This document shows, piece by piece, positions 1-9,653 of a stretch of 44,532 nt of DNA. The position numbers and the translations under genes are program-made. A model generated the notes under the pieces. That model saw only the letters and a list, made by a program, of their open reading frames with translations. It was not told the origin of the DNA and did not search any database. Positions within the stretch are counted from its first letter, which is position 1. Each line of letters starts with the position of its first letter. The DNA lies in the NCBI GenBank assembly GCA_020832985.1, contig JAJHRE010000004.1, positions 1 to 44,532 of the forward strand. Direction: 5' to 3'. This stretch comes from Desulfurococcaceae archaeon. GTDB lineage: Archaea; Thermoproteota; Thermoprotei_A; Sulfolobales; NBVN01.

Positions 1-411
1 TAATTTGTTAGTTTTTGTATGGTAGGTAAATCTACCGATACCTAAAGACTTAAACACATTTAACATCTCTCTATAGTCTACCCAACTAGAATACTCCTTT
101 ATACGTATTAAGTCGAAAGTGTATAACCTACCCTTCCCTAGTATATCCTCCCAATCTACACCCTTGATAGTACTTACTAAGTCGGTATCTGATTCAGTGA
201 TTGTAATTACCTCACCTAAGAACTTAATCAATGCTGACCTACTAATATACATAGGTAATTCTTCAGTCGATTCTACTATTGAAACCATATCCAAGTTAAC
301 TAATTCTTTACAGTATATCCCCTCAGAGTCAGTTATAGCTCTTAACTCAGCTAAGGGGAGGGTTCTATGCTCCCCTGAGAACACTACGTAATACTTCTTA
401 AGCTTAGACAT
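1..411 (-). CDS. Probable tRNA (guanine-N2)-methyltransferase (Trm11/TIGR01177-type, THUMP-containing), N-terminal part; runs off window
   Basis: Hand translation from ATG at 411: MSKLKKYYVVFSGEHRTLPLAELRAI..., open to position 1; the SGEHxxLPxAEL N-terminal motif is typical of archaeal Trm11-like proteins; directly downstream of prs. Confidence 0.65.
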   Translation of the reverse strand, partial: MSKLKKYYVVFSGEHRTLPLAELRAITDSEGIYCKELVNLDMVSIVESTEELPMYISRSALIKFLGEVITITESDTDLVSTIKGVDWEDILGKGRLYTFDLIRIKEYSSWVDYREMLNVFKSLGIGRFTYHTKTNKL

Positions 412-419
412 CTTAACTC

Positions 420-1310
420 CTAAGTTAGGTTTAGACTTAATATTGCTTCAGTCAAAAGTGGTGTTATATCTATAGGTTCAACACCTACTGGTAACGGGAC
501 TGTATTTAGGGAGTATACTCTTGAGACCCCACTTGAGTATATCTTACTTAGAGCCTCACCAACGAACAACCCATGACTACATACCACATATATGTTTGAA
601 GCTCCCTTCTCCCTCAAATAGGATGCTATATTAGCTACCGTACCACCAGTACTTATTATATCATCAACTATGATTACATCCCTACCTGATACATCAACAT
701 CTACAACCTCATGTCTTATACTACCAGTCACCCTATCCCTAAACTTCCTAAATACTACGTATGTAGAGTTTAGAAGTAGTTTAGATAGTTTAACTGCTTT
801 ATCCAGAGCTCCTTGATCAGGTGCTACTACTACAGGATTTTTAACGACTCCGTATAACTTACTTACGTAAAGTTTTGTAGGGTCTAAATTCATAGAGTTA
901 CCGTTGAAGAACTTTAAAGATTCTTCCTTATGGATATCAATAGTTATTAAGTAATCAACACCGATAAAACTTAAAGTCTTAAGTAATGTCTTAATACTAA
1001 TAGCTTCACCGTCTAAGAACCTCTTATCCTGCCTAGCGTAGGCTAAGTATGGGATGATGGTGATAACCCTCCTACACCCTAAATCCTTAGCTGTATCTAC
1101 AGCTAGTAGTAATTCAAAGAATTTCTTATCTTGGTTAGGGTATAATGATTGAATTATTATTAGGTCTTCACCACGTACATCCTTAACGAACCTTATATAT
1201 GATTCACCATCAGGGAATAACTTCATCTCTATAGGTAGTAACTCCTTATTAACAACCCTACTCAAACCAACCTCCAACCCGTTAGAACCTGATAAACCTG
1301 TTATTAACAA
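420..1310 (-). CDS. prs: Ribose-phosphate pyrophosphokinase
   Basis: FPDGE, PYLAYARQDKRF, VVAPDQGA and VIIVDDIISTGGT (PRPP-binding) motifs. Confidence 0.97.
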   Translation of the reverse strand: MLITGLSGSNGLEVGLSRVVNKELLPIEMKLFPDGESYIRFVKDVRGEDLIIIQSLYPNQDKKFFELLLAVDTAKDLGCRRVITIIPYLAYARQDKRFLDGEAISIKTLLKTLSFIGVDYLITIDIHKEESLKFFNGNSMNLDPTKLYVSKLYGVVKNPVVVAPDQGALDKAVKLSKLLLNSTYVVFRKFRDRVTGSIRHEVVDVDVSGRDVIIVDDIISTGGTVANIASYLREKGASNIYVVCSHGLFVGEALSKIYSSGVSRVYSLNTVPLPVGVEPIDITPLLTEAILSLNLT

Positions 1311-1428
1311 CTTAATACCCTAGATTAAAACATTTTAGGGAGGTTTAAATCCTGATAAGTATTGTTAATATGTTTAAACCTATCCACTACGTAATATACT
1401 TTATTAGCTCTATAACTACGCTGAAGTA

Positions 1429-2514
1429 TTGGAGATAATGATTGAGTTGAATAAGCCTTGGATTAGACCTGCAAGGCATTGGATTAGCCTAGGTGATGGT
1501 AAGGTTAGATGTAATCTATGTTATAAGAGATGCCCTATAGTTAGTGGTGGTTACGGTGCTTGTGGTGTTAGGTATAATGATGATGGTACCCTCTACACAT
1601 TAGTTTACGGATTATTAACAGCTGTTAATCTAGACCCTATAGAGAAGAAACCGTTAATGCACTTCATGCCAGGGTCTTCAGTATTATCTATATCAACAGC
1701 TGGCTGTAACTTTATGTGTATGTTCTGTCAGAACTGGACTATAAGTCAGTCACGTAGAGGTGATGTATATGGTGAGTATTACACACCTGAGAAGCTAGTA
1801 AGTATTGGTAAGAAGTATGGTGCTGACGGTATTAGTTATACATATAATGAACCAACGATATTCTATGAATATATGTATGATGTAGCTAAACTAGCTAAGA
1901 GGGAGGGTATGTTTAATACTATGGTGACTAACGGCTATATCACTGAGGAGGCTTTAGTAGAGCTTGCCCCGTATATGGATGCAGCTACAGTAGATTTTAA
2001 GGGTGGTGGTAACTTAAACTTCTACCGTAAGTTTATGGGTGTACCAGACCCTGAACCAATCTTCACGACTTTAAAAGTGATGAAGGAGAAAGGCATCTTC
2101 GTAGAGGTTACTAATTTAGTAGTACCTAAATACGGTGATGATGTAAATGATATTAAGAAGCTGGCTAGATGGATTAGTGAGAATTTAGGTCCTGAAACAC
2201 CATTCCATCTACTTAGGTTTTACCCGCATTATATGATGTCTAACCTACCGCCAACACCTATCGAGACTCTTGAGAAATTAGCTGATATAGCTATTAATGA
2301 AGGTTTAAAACATGTGTACTTAGGTAACGTTCCAGGACATGAATTAGAACATACATACTGTCCTAACTGCGGTACTTTACTAGTACGTAGATTCGGCTTC
2401 GACATCCTTGAATGGGATCTTAAGGAAGGTAATATATGCCCTAAGTGTGGGTATAAGGTAAATATAGTTGGTAGCTATAAGGGTAGGAAACGTAGATTCC
2501 TAGAATGGTGGTAG
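1429..2514 (+). CDS. amrS: AmmeMemoRadiSam-system radical SAM enzyme (PFL-activase-like)
   Basis: DPIEKKPLMHFMPG, GCNFMCMFCQNWTISQ, YTYNEPTI, N-terminal Cys cluster, C-terminal CPNCG/CPKCG. Confidence 0.9.
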   Translation: MEIMIELNKPWIRPARHWISLGDGKVRCNLCYKRCPIVSGGYGACGVRYNDDGTLYTLVYGLLTAVNLDPIEKKPLMHFMPGSSVLSISTAGCNFMCMFCQNWTISQSRRGDVYGEYYTPEKLVSIGKKYGADGISYTYNEPTIFYEYMYDVAKLAKREGMFNTMVTNGYITEEALVELAPYMDAATVDFKGGGNLNFYRKFMGVPDPEPIFTTLKVMKEKGIFVEVTNLVVPKYGDDVNDIKKLARWISENLGPETPFHLLRFYPHYMMSNLPPTPIETLEKLADIAINEGLKHVYLGNVPGHELEHTYCPNCGTLLVRRFGFDILEWDLKEGNICPKCGYKVNIVGSYKGRKRRFLEWW

Positions 2515-2517
2515 GGG

Positions 2518-3294
2518 TTGTACTACATAATAGTAGCTGGACCTGCAGGTTCTGGGAAGTCAACTATGACTAACGTATTAGCTCATTGGTTGGAAGACCA
2601 TGAGATGTCTGTAACTAAGGTTAACTTCGACCCAGCAGCTGATTACCTACCGTATAATCCTGATGTCGATGTTAGGGATTACGTTAATATTAAGGAGGTT
2701 ATGAGTAAGTATGGTTTAGGCCCTAACGGTGCCTTAATAGCTACTATAGATATGTTAGTGAATCACATAGCAGATATTAAGAATGAGATAGAATCCCTCA
2801 ACGATAATTACGTCATCATAGATATGCCTGGGCAGTTAGAGATAGTAGCTTTTAGACGTGTAGGGCCTTTACTGATAGATTACTTAACAGAGGGTAGGAA
2901 AGCAGCGACTTTATTCCTCATAGACTCATACTTAGTCTTAAATGCGATGTCAGCGATCTCATTACTACTACTCTCACTATCTACACTACTTAGGATGAAG
3001 AAACCTCAAGTAATAGCATTAACTAAAGTAGATTTACTAACGAGTGAGCAGGAGTCTGAAGTAGTTAGGATCTTCAGTGAGGAGTTCTCATGTAGTGAAC
3101 TCTTAAGTTCTGAGGGGTTCGTAGGTACTGAGTTAATTATGAATTTATGTGAGGATGTTAAGGAGTTATTACCTGAGGTAATACCTACCTCAGCAGTAAG
3201 TAATAAGGGCTTAGATGAGATTTACGCAGCGCTACAACGTGTATTCAGTGGTGGAGAGGATTACCTAACTGAGGAACCAAGTGGTAAACTTTAA
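2518..3294 (+). CDS. GPN-loop GTPase
   Basis: GPAGSGKST, NFDPA, YGLGPNGA, DMPGQLE, TKVD. Confidence 0.95.
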   Translation: MYYIIVAGPAGSGKSTMTNVLAHWLEDHEMSVTKVNFDPAADYLPYNPDVDVRDYVNIKEVMSKYGLGPNGALIATIDMLVNHIADIKNEIESLNDNYVIIDMPGQLEIVAFRRVGPLLIDYLTEGRKAATLFLIDSYLVLNAMSAISLLLLSLSTLLRMKKPQVIALTKVDLLTSEQESEVVRIFSEEFSCSELLSSEGFVGTELIMNLCEDVKELLPEVIPTSAVSNKGLDEIYAALQRVFSGGEDYLTEEPSGKL

Positions 3295-3466
3295 TATGGT
3301 ATTACCCAGATCTAGGGTTGAGTAGCTACTGCAACATAATTAACACTAATACGCATTCATTAGATGGTATTACTGTCTAATGAAGCTCTCACGCTAGGCT
3401 ACCCACGAATTCATATACGCTAGCTTTATTTACCTCCACCTCTATATAGATACACGGGTGCGTAAC

Positions 3467-3619
3467 TTGCCAGCTGTCGGGTTCTGTGTAAAGTGTAGGA
3501 AGAAGGTAGAGATAAAGGATGCACAGGAAGTAACGTTAAAGAATGGTAGGAAGGCTTTAAAGGGTTCATGCCCGTTCTGTGGAACGCCTGTATACGTATT
3601 TGTTAAGACTAAGGCCTGA
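3467..3619 (+). CDS. Small zinc-ribbon protein (DUF5679-like), 50 aa; missed by the ORF track
   Basis: TTG start after GGGTG: MPAVGFCVKCRKKVEIKDAQEVTLKNGRKALKGSCPFCGTPVYVFVKTKA*; CxxC...KNGR...CPxCGT pattern. Confidence 0.85.
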   Translation: MPAVGFCVKCRKKVEIKDAQEVTLKNGRKALKGSCPFCGTPVYVFVKTKA

Positions 3620-3683
3620 AGTAGGTATAATGCCTAACAACTAAAAATAAAACTTATTTTTTAACTACTTACTTAATAAACTT

Positions 3684-3740
3684 AGATGTTAGAAACTTCC
3701 GACTCTGAATTATGATGAGGCCCTGCGAATTTGAACACCT
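3684..3740 (+). ncRNA. Candidate C/D-box sRNA
   Basis: CTGA (3705-3708), ATGATGA (3712-3718), GC-rich 12-nt guide GGCCCTGCGAAT, TTGA (3731-3734), terminal stem AGATGTT/AACACCT; the 5' C box is poor. Confidence 0.45.
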
Positions 3741-3755
3741 CAAATAAATCATTTA

Positions 3756-4226
3756 CTAACCTAGAGGTTTTATAGCGAAGAGTACTATAGCGATGACGTA
3801 TATTATCATTCCTAAGACCTCACTTAACGATAACTTCTCATTAAGTATTAACCATGAGAGTATAGCGACTAAAGCAGCGTTAGAGGCAGCTATAGCTGTT
3901 GCCGGTCCAGCCTTCCCAGTAGCTACAGCGACTTTAAGGAAGTACATACCTATTGCTAAGGTTATCCCAGCTATAGCTGGTATTATAAAGTATTTAAAGT
4001 CTAATTTCTGTAGGTTTGGATTATTTAACGGGTTAAGCATACCGCTGATTAGTACTATGAGAAGTGTTGCTAAGCCGACTAATCCTGTAGAAACCCATAA
4101 AACAACTATACCCTCGATTGATGGGACCCCCTTAACACTAGCGAGTTTAAGTAGGAAGTTAGTTATACCGAACATTAAGAACGTAGCTAACGCGTATATA
4201 AGCCATAGGTAACCCTCCTCATTCAC
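3756..4226 (-). CDS. EamA/DMT family single-domain membrane protein
   Basis: About 5 TM helices; C-terminal LSWLILNEKLS...LGMII motif. Confidence 0.85.
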   Translation of the reverse strand: MNEEGYLWLIYALATFLMFGITNFLLKLASVKGVPSIEGIVVLWVSTGLVGLATLLIVLISGMLNPLNNPNLQKLDFKYFIIPAIAGITLAIGMYFLKVAVATGKAGPATAIAASNAALVAILSWLILNEKLSLSEVLGMIIYVIAIVLFAIKPLG

Positions 4227-4358
4227 TGCTCAACCACCGAACTAAGATCTAAGGTAGGTATTAAAGTACGTTCATAACCTCTACATACTTAAAAGTACCT
4301 AAATGAAATATTTTAAGCTCTCTAAGCATATGTTGGTTTTGGTGAGGTAGTAGTTAGG

Positions 4359-5732
4359 TTGAGGTGTAGGAGATTATTTCGATACGGTCTACCAGCTGGG
4401 GTATTCCCCGGCGGTTTCGAGGGTGGTTACCCTAAAGCTACTGTAGCGTTAATAATAATTAATGCTGTGGTATACATCATTACATCATTTAATAATATGT
4501 TTATGTCTATAGGTGATTACTGGGTTGAGGTAGGTAGTTATATACCTATATCTCTAGTTGAGGATCCCTCAAATATTTACAGGATACTCACATCTATGTT
4601 TCTACATGGTGATATATTACATATATTCTTTAACATGTACTTCCTCTATATATTCGGTAAGAGTGTTGAGAATACTTTAGGTCATCTAAGATTCCTAATC
4701 CTTTACTTCGCCTCAGGTATATTCGCTACGATATTCCATACAGCGTTTAGTTATATTCAAGGAGCTACAGCGTTAATGGTACCGGCTTTAGGAGCTTCTG
4801 GAGCTATTAGTGGTGTATTAGCTGCGTACTTAATGTTCTACCCAGGAACTTCATTAAGTGCTTGCTGGTTCTTCTTCATCTTCCCAGTATGTTTTACTGT
4901 TAGAGCTTCTTACTGGTTATTATTTTGGTTTGCAACTCAAGTTATCTACGGATATGCGAGGTTAGGAGCTGCGGTAGCATTCTTCGCACATGCAGGTGGT
5001 TTCGTAGCAGGTATAGCACTCCTACCATTACTTATTAGTAGGGAGAGACTTGAGATGTTGAGGTTCTGGCGTAGTTACGGCTCCCTATTCAATGTCGTCT
5101 TCAGGGAAGTTACTATTGCTGGTTTAGGTAGGATTACTAAGTTAATACTAGTTGTCTTAATAGCTTCGTTAGTAGCTGGCTCAGCTATAATAGCTAGTGA
5201 TGTTAGACAATTAGATATTTACGTGGTTAACGTTAGTGGTAGGGCTGTAGGTATAACTGATTTAGATGATTACGTCGTATTCGCTATAGTTAATGGTGGG
5301 TTAGAAATACAAACAATAACTAATACATATACTAGAATATTGATTAACAGATTAGCAGGTCTGGATTTACTCATGAATAAATCAGCAGTTGGTAAAACCA
5401 TAAGCTTAGTAGGTGTTAACACATACTCTAAACTACCAATAGGAGGTCTCATAGTTAACGTACCTACCTATATAGAAAGCTTAACACTTACTTACGACTC
5501 ATCAGGTGTTTTAAGAGAAGCTTACGGGACTATAAATACTGTAGTAGTTTCGATAAAGGACACTACATATAGGTTTGAGAATAACATTACATACGTCTTC
5601 AAAATCAACATAGAAAGTAGCTATAGTAGTTCGAAATTAATCACATCAACAGCGATATCATCCTTCACAGTATCAACTATAGCGTTATTAGTTGCCTTAT
5701 TCAAGGATAAGGATTTAGCTGTTATTAGTTGA
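4359..5732 (+). CDS. Rhomboid-family intramembrane serine protease with C-terminal extension
   Basis: TSMFLHGDILHIFFNMYFL, GASGAISG (catalytic Ser), AHAGGF (catalytic His). Confidence 0.93.
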   Translation: MRCRRLFRYGLPAGVFPGGFEGGYPKATVALIIINAVVYIITSFNNMFMSIGDYWVEVGSYIPISLVEDPSNIYRILTSMFLHGDILHIFFNMYFLYIFGKSVENTLGHLRFLILYFASGIFATIFHTAFSYIQGATALMVPALGASGAISGVLAAYLMFYPGTSLSACWFFFIFPVCFTVRASYWLLFWFATQVIYGYARLGAAVAFFAHAGGFVAGIALLPLLISRERLEMLRFWRSYGSLFNVVFREVTIAGLGRITKLILVVLIASLVAGSAIIASDVRQLDIYVVNVSGRAVGITDLDDYVVFAIVNGGLEIQTITNTYTRILINRLAGLDLLMNKSAVGKTISLVGVNTYSKLPIGGLIVNVPTYIESLTLTYDSSGVLREAYGTINTVVVSIKDTTYRFENNITYVFKINIESSYSSSKLITSTAISSFTVSTIALLVALFKDKDLAVIS

Positions 5733-5734
5733 AG

Positions 5735-7228
5735 TCAATAACCTAGTATTTTATTTATCACATCACCATACCTACTATAAATCTTACTAACTAAGAACTC
5801 TAAACGTAATGCCTTAATGATTTCCTTCAACTCATTCTTACTAATTATCTTAGTCTTTAGGTATATGATATATGATGACGTTATGAATATCAACGCTATA
5901 AACCAGTTAATGTTTAGTATAAAGCATGGAATACCGAGTAGTGTTGGGATTAAAATAACTTTAATTATCAGGTACCAATCCACTACGAAGTTAATTGATT
6001 TGATGATGTATAAGGTAGTTAGTAGTCCTACATAATTACCTACTGTGAACGCTATAGCACTACCTAAACCACCGTAATTAGGTACTAAGTAGTAGTAAAG
6101 TACTAACCTACTAATACTTACTACTAGGTTAAATATCAGGACTAGTAAGTACCTCCCATAAGCATATACTAAGTTAATAATGCTTGAAGTTATTATTGCA
6201 GGGACTGTAGATATAAGTAGTACCGTCAGTATCGTACTGGAACTCACATACTCCCTACCAATTAATGAAAGCGGTACCCATGGGTAGAACATTACGTATG
6301 TGGATATCGGTAGTGTAAGTGCTAAGCAGATCTTCATGATCTGAGACAACACTCTCTTCCTACCATCACGCATACCACTGAGTACTGGGAAAGATAGAGC
6401 TAGTATACTTGATGAAATCATTAATATAACGTTAGATATAGCTGATGATACGTAGTAATACCCTGTTTCTAAAGCACCTGAAATAACGTAAACCGATAGT
6501 AGCCCTACCCAACTACCTATAGATGCTATAAGTCCTGGAAGCCATGATGGTGAACCAGCAATCAACACGTCTTTCAACGCTCTATATGAGAAGTATATCA
6601 TCTTACGGGTTCTGATGATGGAGTATATAGTAATTATGGTTAACCTAGTATATAGTTGAACTACATTTCCAATAACAACACCAACCCACCCGAGATTATA
6701 TATAGTTATTAATGTAATACCAACTACGAATCTAAAGAGTATGCTTATAGTCGTTGCTGTGAAAATTACTTCAGTCTTCATCATCGATGTTATCAGTGAT
6801 GAGGGTACAGCACCGATACCACCTACGATTATTAATGAAGCGAATACTAGCATGATGCCTGATATACTACTTACACTATACCCAGTAATACCTAACAACG
6901 TAATTACAATACCGGCTACTACATGTACTACTGAGTTAAAGATGAATGAAGTCCAGAAATACTCATAAAGTCTAACCTCATCATCACTCCCTAAGTATAT
7001 ACCGAAGAACCTAGTCGCACCAGTACCTACCCCAAGATTTAATATGCTTAAGAATAATGATGCAAGACCTGATATAGCACTAGCTATACCTATAACTGTA
7101 GGTCCAACTATAGCGGATACAATCATCCAATATAGAAAACCTGCTAGATTATCAATAACACTACTAAGGTATAACCAAAAACCACCCCTCACAACGCTAC
7201 CGATGCTGAACCTCCTAGACACAGACAC
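5735..7228 (-). CDS. Oligosaccharide flippase (Wzx/MOP superfamily)
   Basis: About 14 TM segments; ETGYYYVS, LVPNYGGLGSAIA typical of polysaccharide-biosynthesis exporters. Confidence 0.85.
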   Translation of the reverse strand: MSVSRRFSIGSVVRGGFWLYLSSVIDNLAGFLYWMIVSAIVGPTVIGIASAISGLASLFLSILNLGVGTGATRFFGIYLGSDDEVRLYEYFWTSFIFNSVVHVVAGIVITLLGITGYSVSSISGIMLVFASLIIVGGIGAVPSSLITSMMKTEVIFTATTISILFRFVVGITLITIYNLGWVGVVIGNVVQLYTRLTIITIYSIIRTRKMIYFSYRALKDVLIAGSPSWLPGLIASIGSWVGLLSVYVISGALETGYYYVSSAISNVILMISSSILALSFPVLSGMRDGRKRVLSQIMKICLALTLPISTYVMFYPWVPLSLIGREYVSSSTILTVLLISTVPAIITSSIINLVYAYGRYLLVLIFNLVVSISRLVLYYYLVPNYGGLGSAIAFTVGNYVGLLTTLYIIKSINFVVDWYLIIKVILIPTLLGIPCFILNINWFIALIFITSSYIIYLKTKIISKNELKEIIKALRLEFLVSKIYSRYGDVINKILGY

Positions 7229-7274
7229 TCAGCCACATCACATACATATAATAGGTAGAATTAAAGGTATTAAG

Positions 7275-7307
7275 TTGACGACCCCCGTCCTGAAGGGCAA
7301 AGGGTTC
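7275..7307 (-). mobile_element. Isolated IS200/IS605-type right-end palindrome (PATE-like relic)
   Basis: Minus strand GAACCCTTTGCCCTTCAGGACGGGGGTCGTCAA: GC-rich imperfect hairpin ending in TCAA, in AT-rich intergenic DNA; no transposase nearby. Confidence 0.55.
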
Positions 7308-7437
7308 TACACCAGCTAGGACCTCCCCTCACTAAGCTAGACTATATTATTTAAGACTCAAAACTTTTTACGTGTTTAGAGGGTGTATATTTGAAGTATA
7401 TCTATCATGGTGGTAGATATCTCTGTCCGGTGGTGTT

Positions 7438-8550
7438 ATGGGTAGATGTGTTTTATGTGGTAGGGTATCACCAGTTATAAGTGATGTTATAGGTTACTGT
7501 GTAGATTGTTTAAGGAGTATGGATGCTGTACCTGATAACGTAATATTGACTCATAAGAAGGCTAGAGAAGTACTTAAGATCCCGTCGATTAAATACGGGA
7601 GTGGTAAGTTCAGATGTAACTTATGTATTAATAATTGTTATTTAAGTGACGGTGTTTTAGGTTATTGTGGTAATTATACGTATGATAATGGATTTAAATC
7701 AACTCTAAGTTCTTTTGAAGTTGCTTACGGTTCTTGGTATTATGATCCACACCCAACTAATTGTGTAGCTTTTCCAGTATGTCCAGCAATTACTGGTAAA
7801 GGGTACCCTAAGTATACGTTAAGACCTACTGGTGAGGTTGGTTATTATAACTTAGCTGTTTTCTACGGAACTTGCTCACTAAACTGCTTATACTGTCAGA
7901 ATTGGAGGGGTAGGGTTGAGGCTTTAAGTAGTAAGCAATTAATGACTGTTGATGAATTAGTTAACGCGGCATTAAATGATAGGGTTACTTGTATATGCTA
8001 CTTCGGTGGTGATCCAACACCGAATATAATTCATGCGTTGAGGGTTTCTAAGGAGGTTTTAAGTAGGGGTAAAGGTAGGGTTTTAAGGATTTGTTGGGAG
8101 ACTAACGGTACTTTAAGTACTGATATCATACGTGAGGTAGCTAAGATATCATTAGAGAGTGGAGGTATTGTAAAGATAGATCTTAAGGCTTGGTCACCTC
8201 AAATATATCAAGTATTAACTGGTGTTAACGCTGTTGAGAGGGTGAAGGAGAATATTAAGTTAGTAGCTTCAATGATGGATTTAAGGGATGAACCACCCTT
8301 ACTAGTTGTTAGTGTGTTATTAGTTCCTGGATATGTAGACCTTACTGAGGTTAGAGGTATTGCTGAGTTTTTAGCATCTCTTAATACTGAAATTCCGGTG
8401 GTGTTACTAGCCTTCCATCCAGATTTTATGTTAAGGGACTTACCACCAACTAGTAAGAGGCATATGTATGAATCTGTTAAGGTTATGAAGGAGTTAGGGT
8501 TGAGGAACGTATTCGTAGGTAATGAGTGGTTATTAGGGGATTATTACTAG
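7438..8550 (+). CDS. Radical SAM protein, PFL-activating-enzyme-like (AmrS paralog)
   Basis: CSLNCLYCQNW, CYFGGDPTP, ICWETNG, LLAFHPDF; additional N-terminal Cys clusters. Confidence 0.9.
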   Translation: MGRCVLCGRVSPVISDVIGYCVDCLRSMDAVPDNVILTHKKAREVLKIPSIKYGSGKFRCNLCINNCYLSDGVLGYCGNYTYDNGFKSTLSSFEVAYGSWYYDPHPTNCVAFPVCPAITGKGYPKYTLRPTGEVGYYNLAVFYGTCSLNCLYCQNWRGRVEALSSKQLMTVDELVNAALNDRVTCICYFGGDPTPNIIHALRVSKEVLSRGKGRVLRICWETNGTLSTDIIREVAKISLESGGIVKIDLKAWSPQIYQVLTGVNAVERVKENIKLVASMMDLRDEPPLLVVSVLLVPGYVDLTEVRGIAEFLASLNTEIPVVLLAFHPDFMLRDLPPTSKRHMYESVKVMKELGLRNVFVGNEWLLGDYY

Positions 8551-8556
8551 GAGATT

Positions 8557-9615
8557 ATGGTGATGGGTATTTCCAAGATATCTAAGATAATAACGTTAAG
8601 TCATGGTGGTGGGGGTAGGGAGATGTGGGAGTTAATAAATGATTTGATAGTTTCTAAAGTTCCTGAGAAGTTTAGGAATGTCTTAGATGGTGTAGGTCTC
8701 GATGTATTAGATGATGGTGTAGCTATTAAGGTAGGTGATGTATATGTCGTTATGTCTATAGACTCATACACAGTAAAACCTCCTATCTTCCCAGGCGGTG
8801 ATTTAGGTGTACTTGCAGCTTCAGGAACTATTAATGATTTACTCATGATGGGTGCTAAACCTGTAGGTATTATCGATGCTTTAGTTGTTGAGGAGGGTAT
8901 GGAGGTGGATTTAGTGAATGGTTTAATACAGTCATTAATAAATACAGCAGTTTCTGAAGGTGTTGCAGTATTAGGCGGTGATTTTAAGGTCATGCCTAAG
9001 GGTTCGTTAGACGGTATTATAATAACTACTGCTGGTATAGGGATAGCACGTAAGTTAATAGTTGATGTTAATATTAGGGTAGGGGATAAAGTAATTGTTA
9101 CAGGTCCTATAGCAGATCATGGAGCTACGGTAATCGCAGCTCAATTAGGATTACTTAACATGTCTAAAGACTTAGTAAGTGATGTAAGACCCCTGAGTAA
9201 GTACATGTTACCCTTAATAGATACTTACGGAGACCACATCCACGCAGCTAGGGATCCTACTAGAGGTGGTTTAGCATCAACTCTAAATGAGTGGGTAGTT
9301 AATAGAGACTTAACAATAATTGTTGATAGGTCTAAAATACCTATTAGAGAACCTGTTAAGAAATTCTTAGATATGTTAGGTATAGACCCACTTAACGTAG
9401 CTTCTGAAGGTGTTGCAGTATTAGCTGTTGACCCGGTAGTAGCTGATGAGGTAGTTAGTTATTTACGAAGGTTAGGACTTGATAAAGCATCAATAGTAGG
9501 TGAGGTGGTTAAACCACCTTCAGGAATTGCTAGAGGTAGAGTACTAGCTAAGACTGAAGTCGGTGGTATAACATTTATTGAAGCATCATCATCCCCAACA
9601 CCTAGAATTTGCTAA
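8557..9615 (+). CDS. hypE: Hydrogenase maturation carbamoyl dehydratase HypE
   Basis: LSHGGGG, IDSYTVKPPIFPGGDLG, GGDFKV, RDPTRGG, C-terminal PRIC. Confidence 0.95.
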   Translation: MVMGISKISKIITLSHGGGGREMWELINDLIVSKVPEKFRNVLDGVGLDVLDDGVAIKVGDVYVVMSIDSYTVKPPIFPGGDLGVLAASGTINDLLMMGAKPVGIIDALVVEEGMEVDLVNGLIQSLINTAVSEGVAVLGGDFKVMPKGSLDGIIITTAGIGIARKLIVDVNIRVGDKVIVTGPIADHGATVIAAQLGLLNMSKDLVSDVRPLSKYMLPLIDTYGDHIHAARDPTRGGLASTLNEWVVNRDLTIIVDRSKIPIREPVKKFLDMLGIDPLNVASEGVAVLAVDPVVADEVVSYLRRLGLDKASIVGEVVKPPSGIARGRVLAKTEVGGITFIEASSSPTPRIC

Positions 9616-9653
9616 CTATTTAATCCCTAAATCCATTAGTTTTCAGTGATATC

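Noticed and set aside
119-391. 90-aa plus-strand ORF
   Set aside because: Antisense shadow of the Trm11-like gene at 1-411
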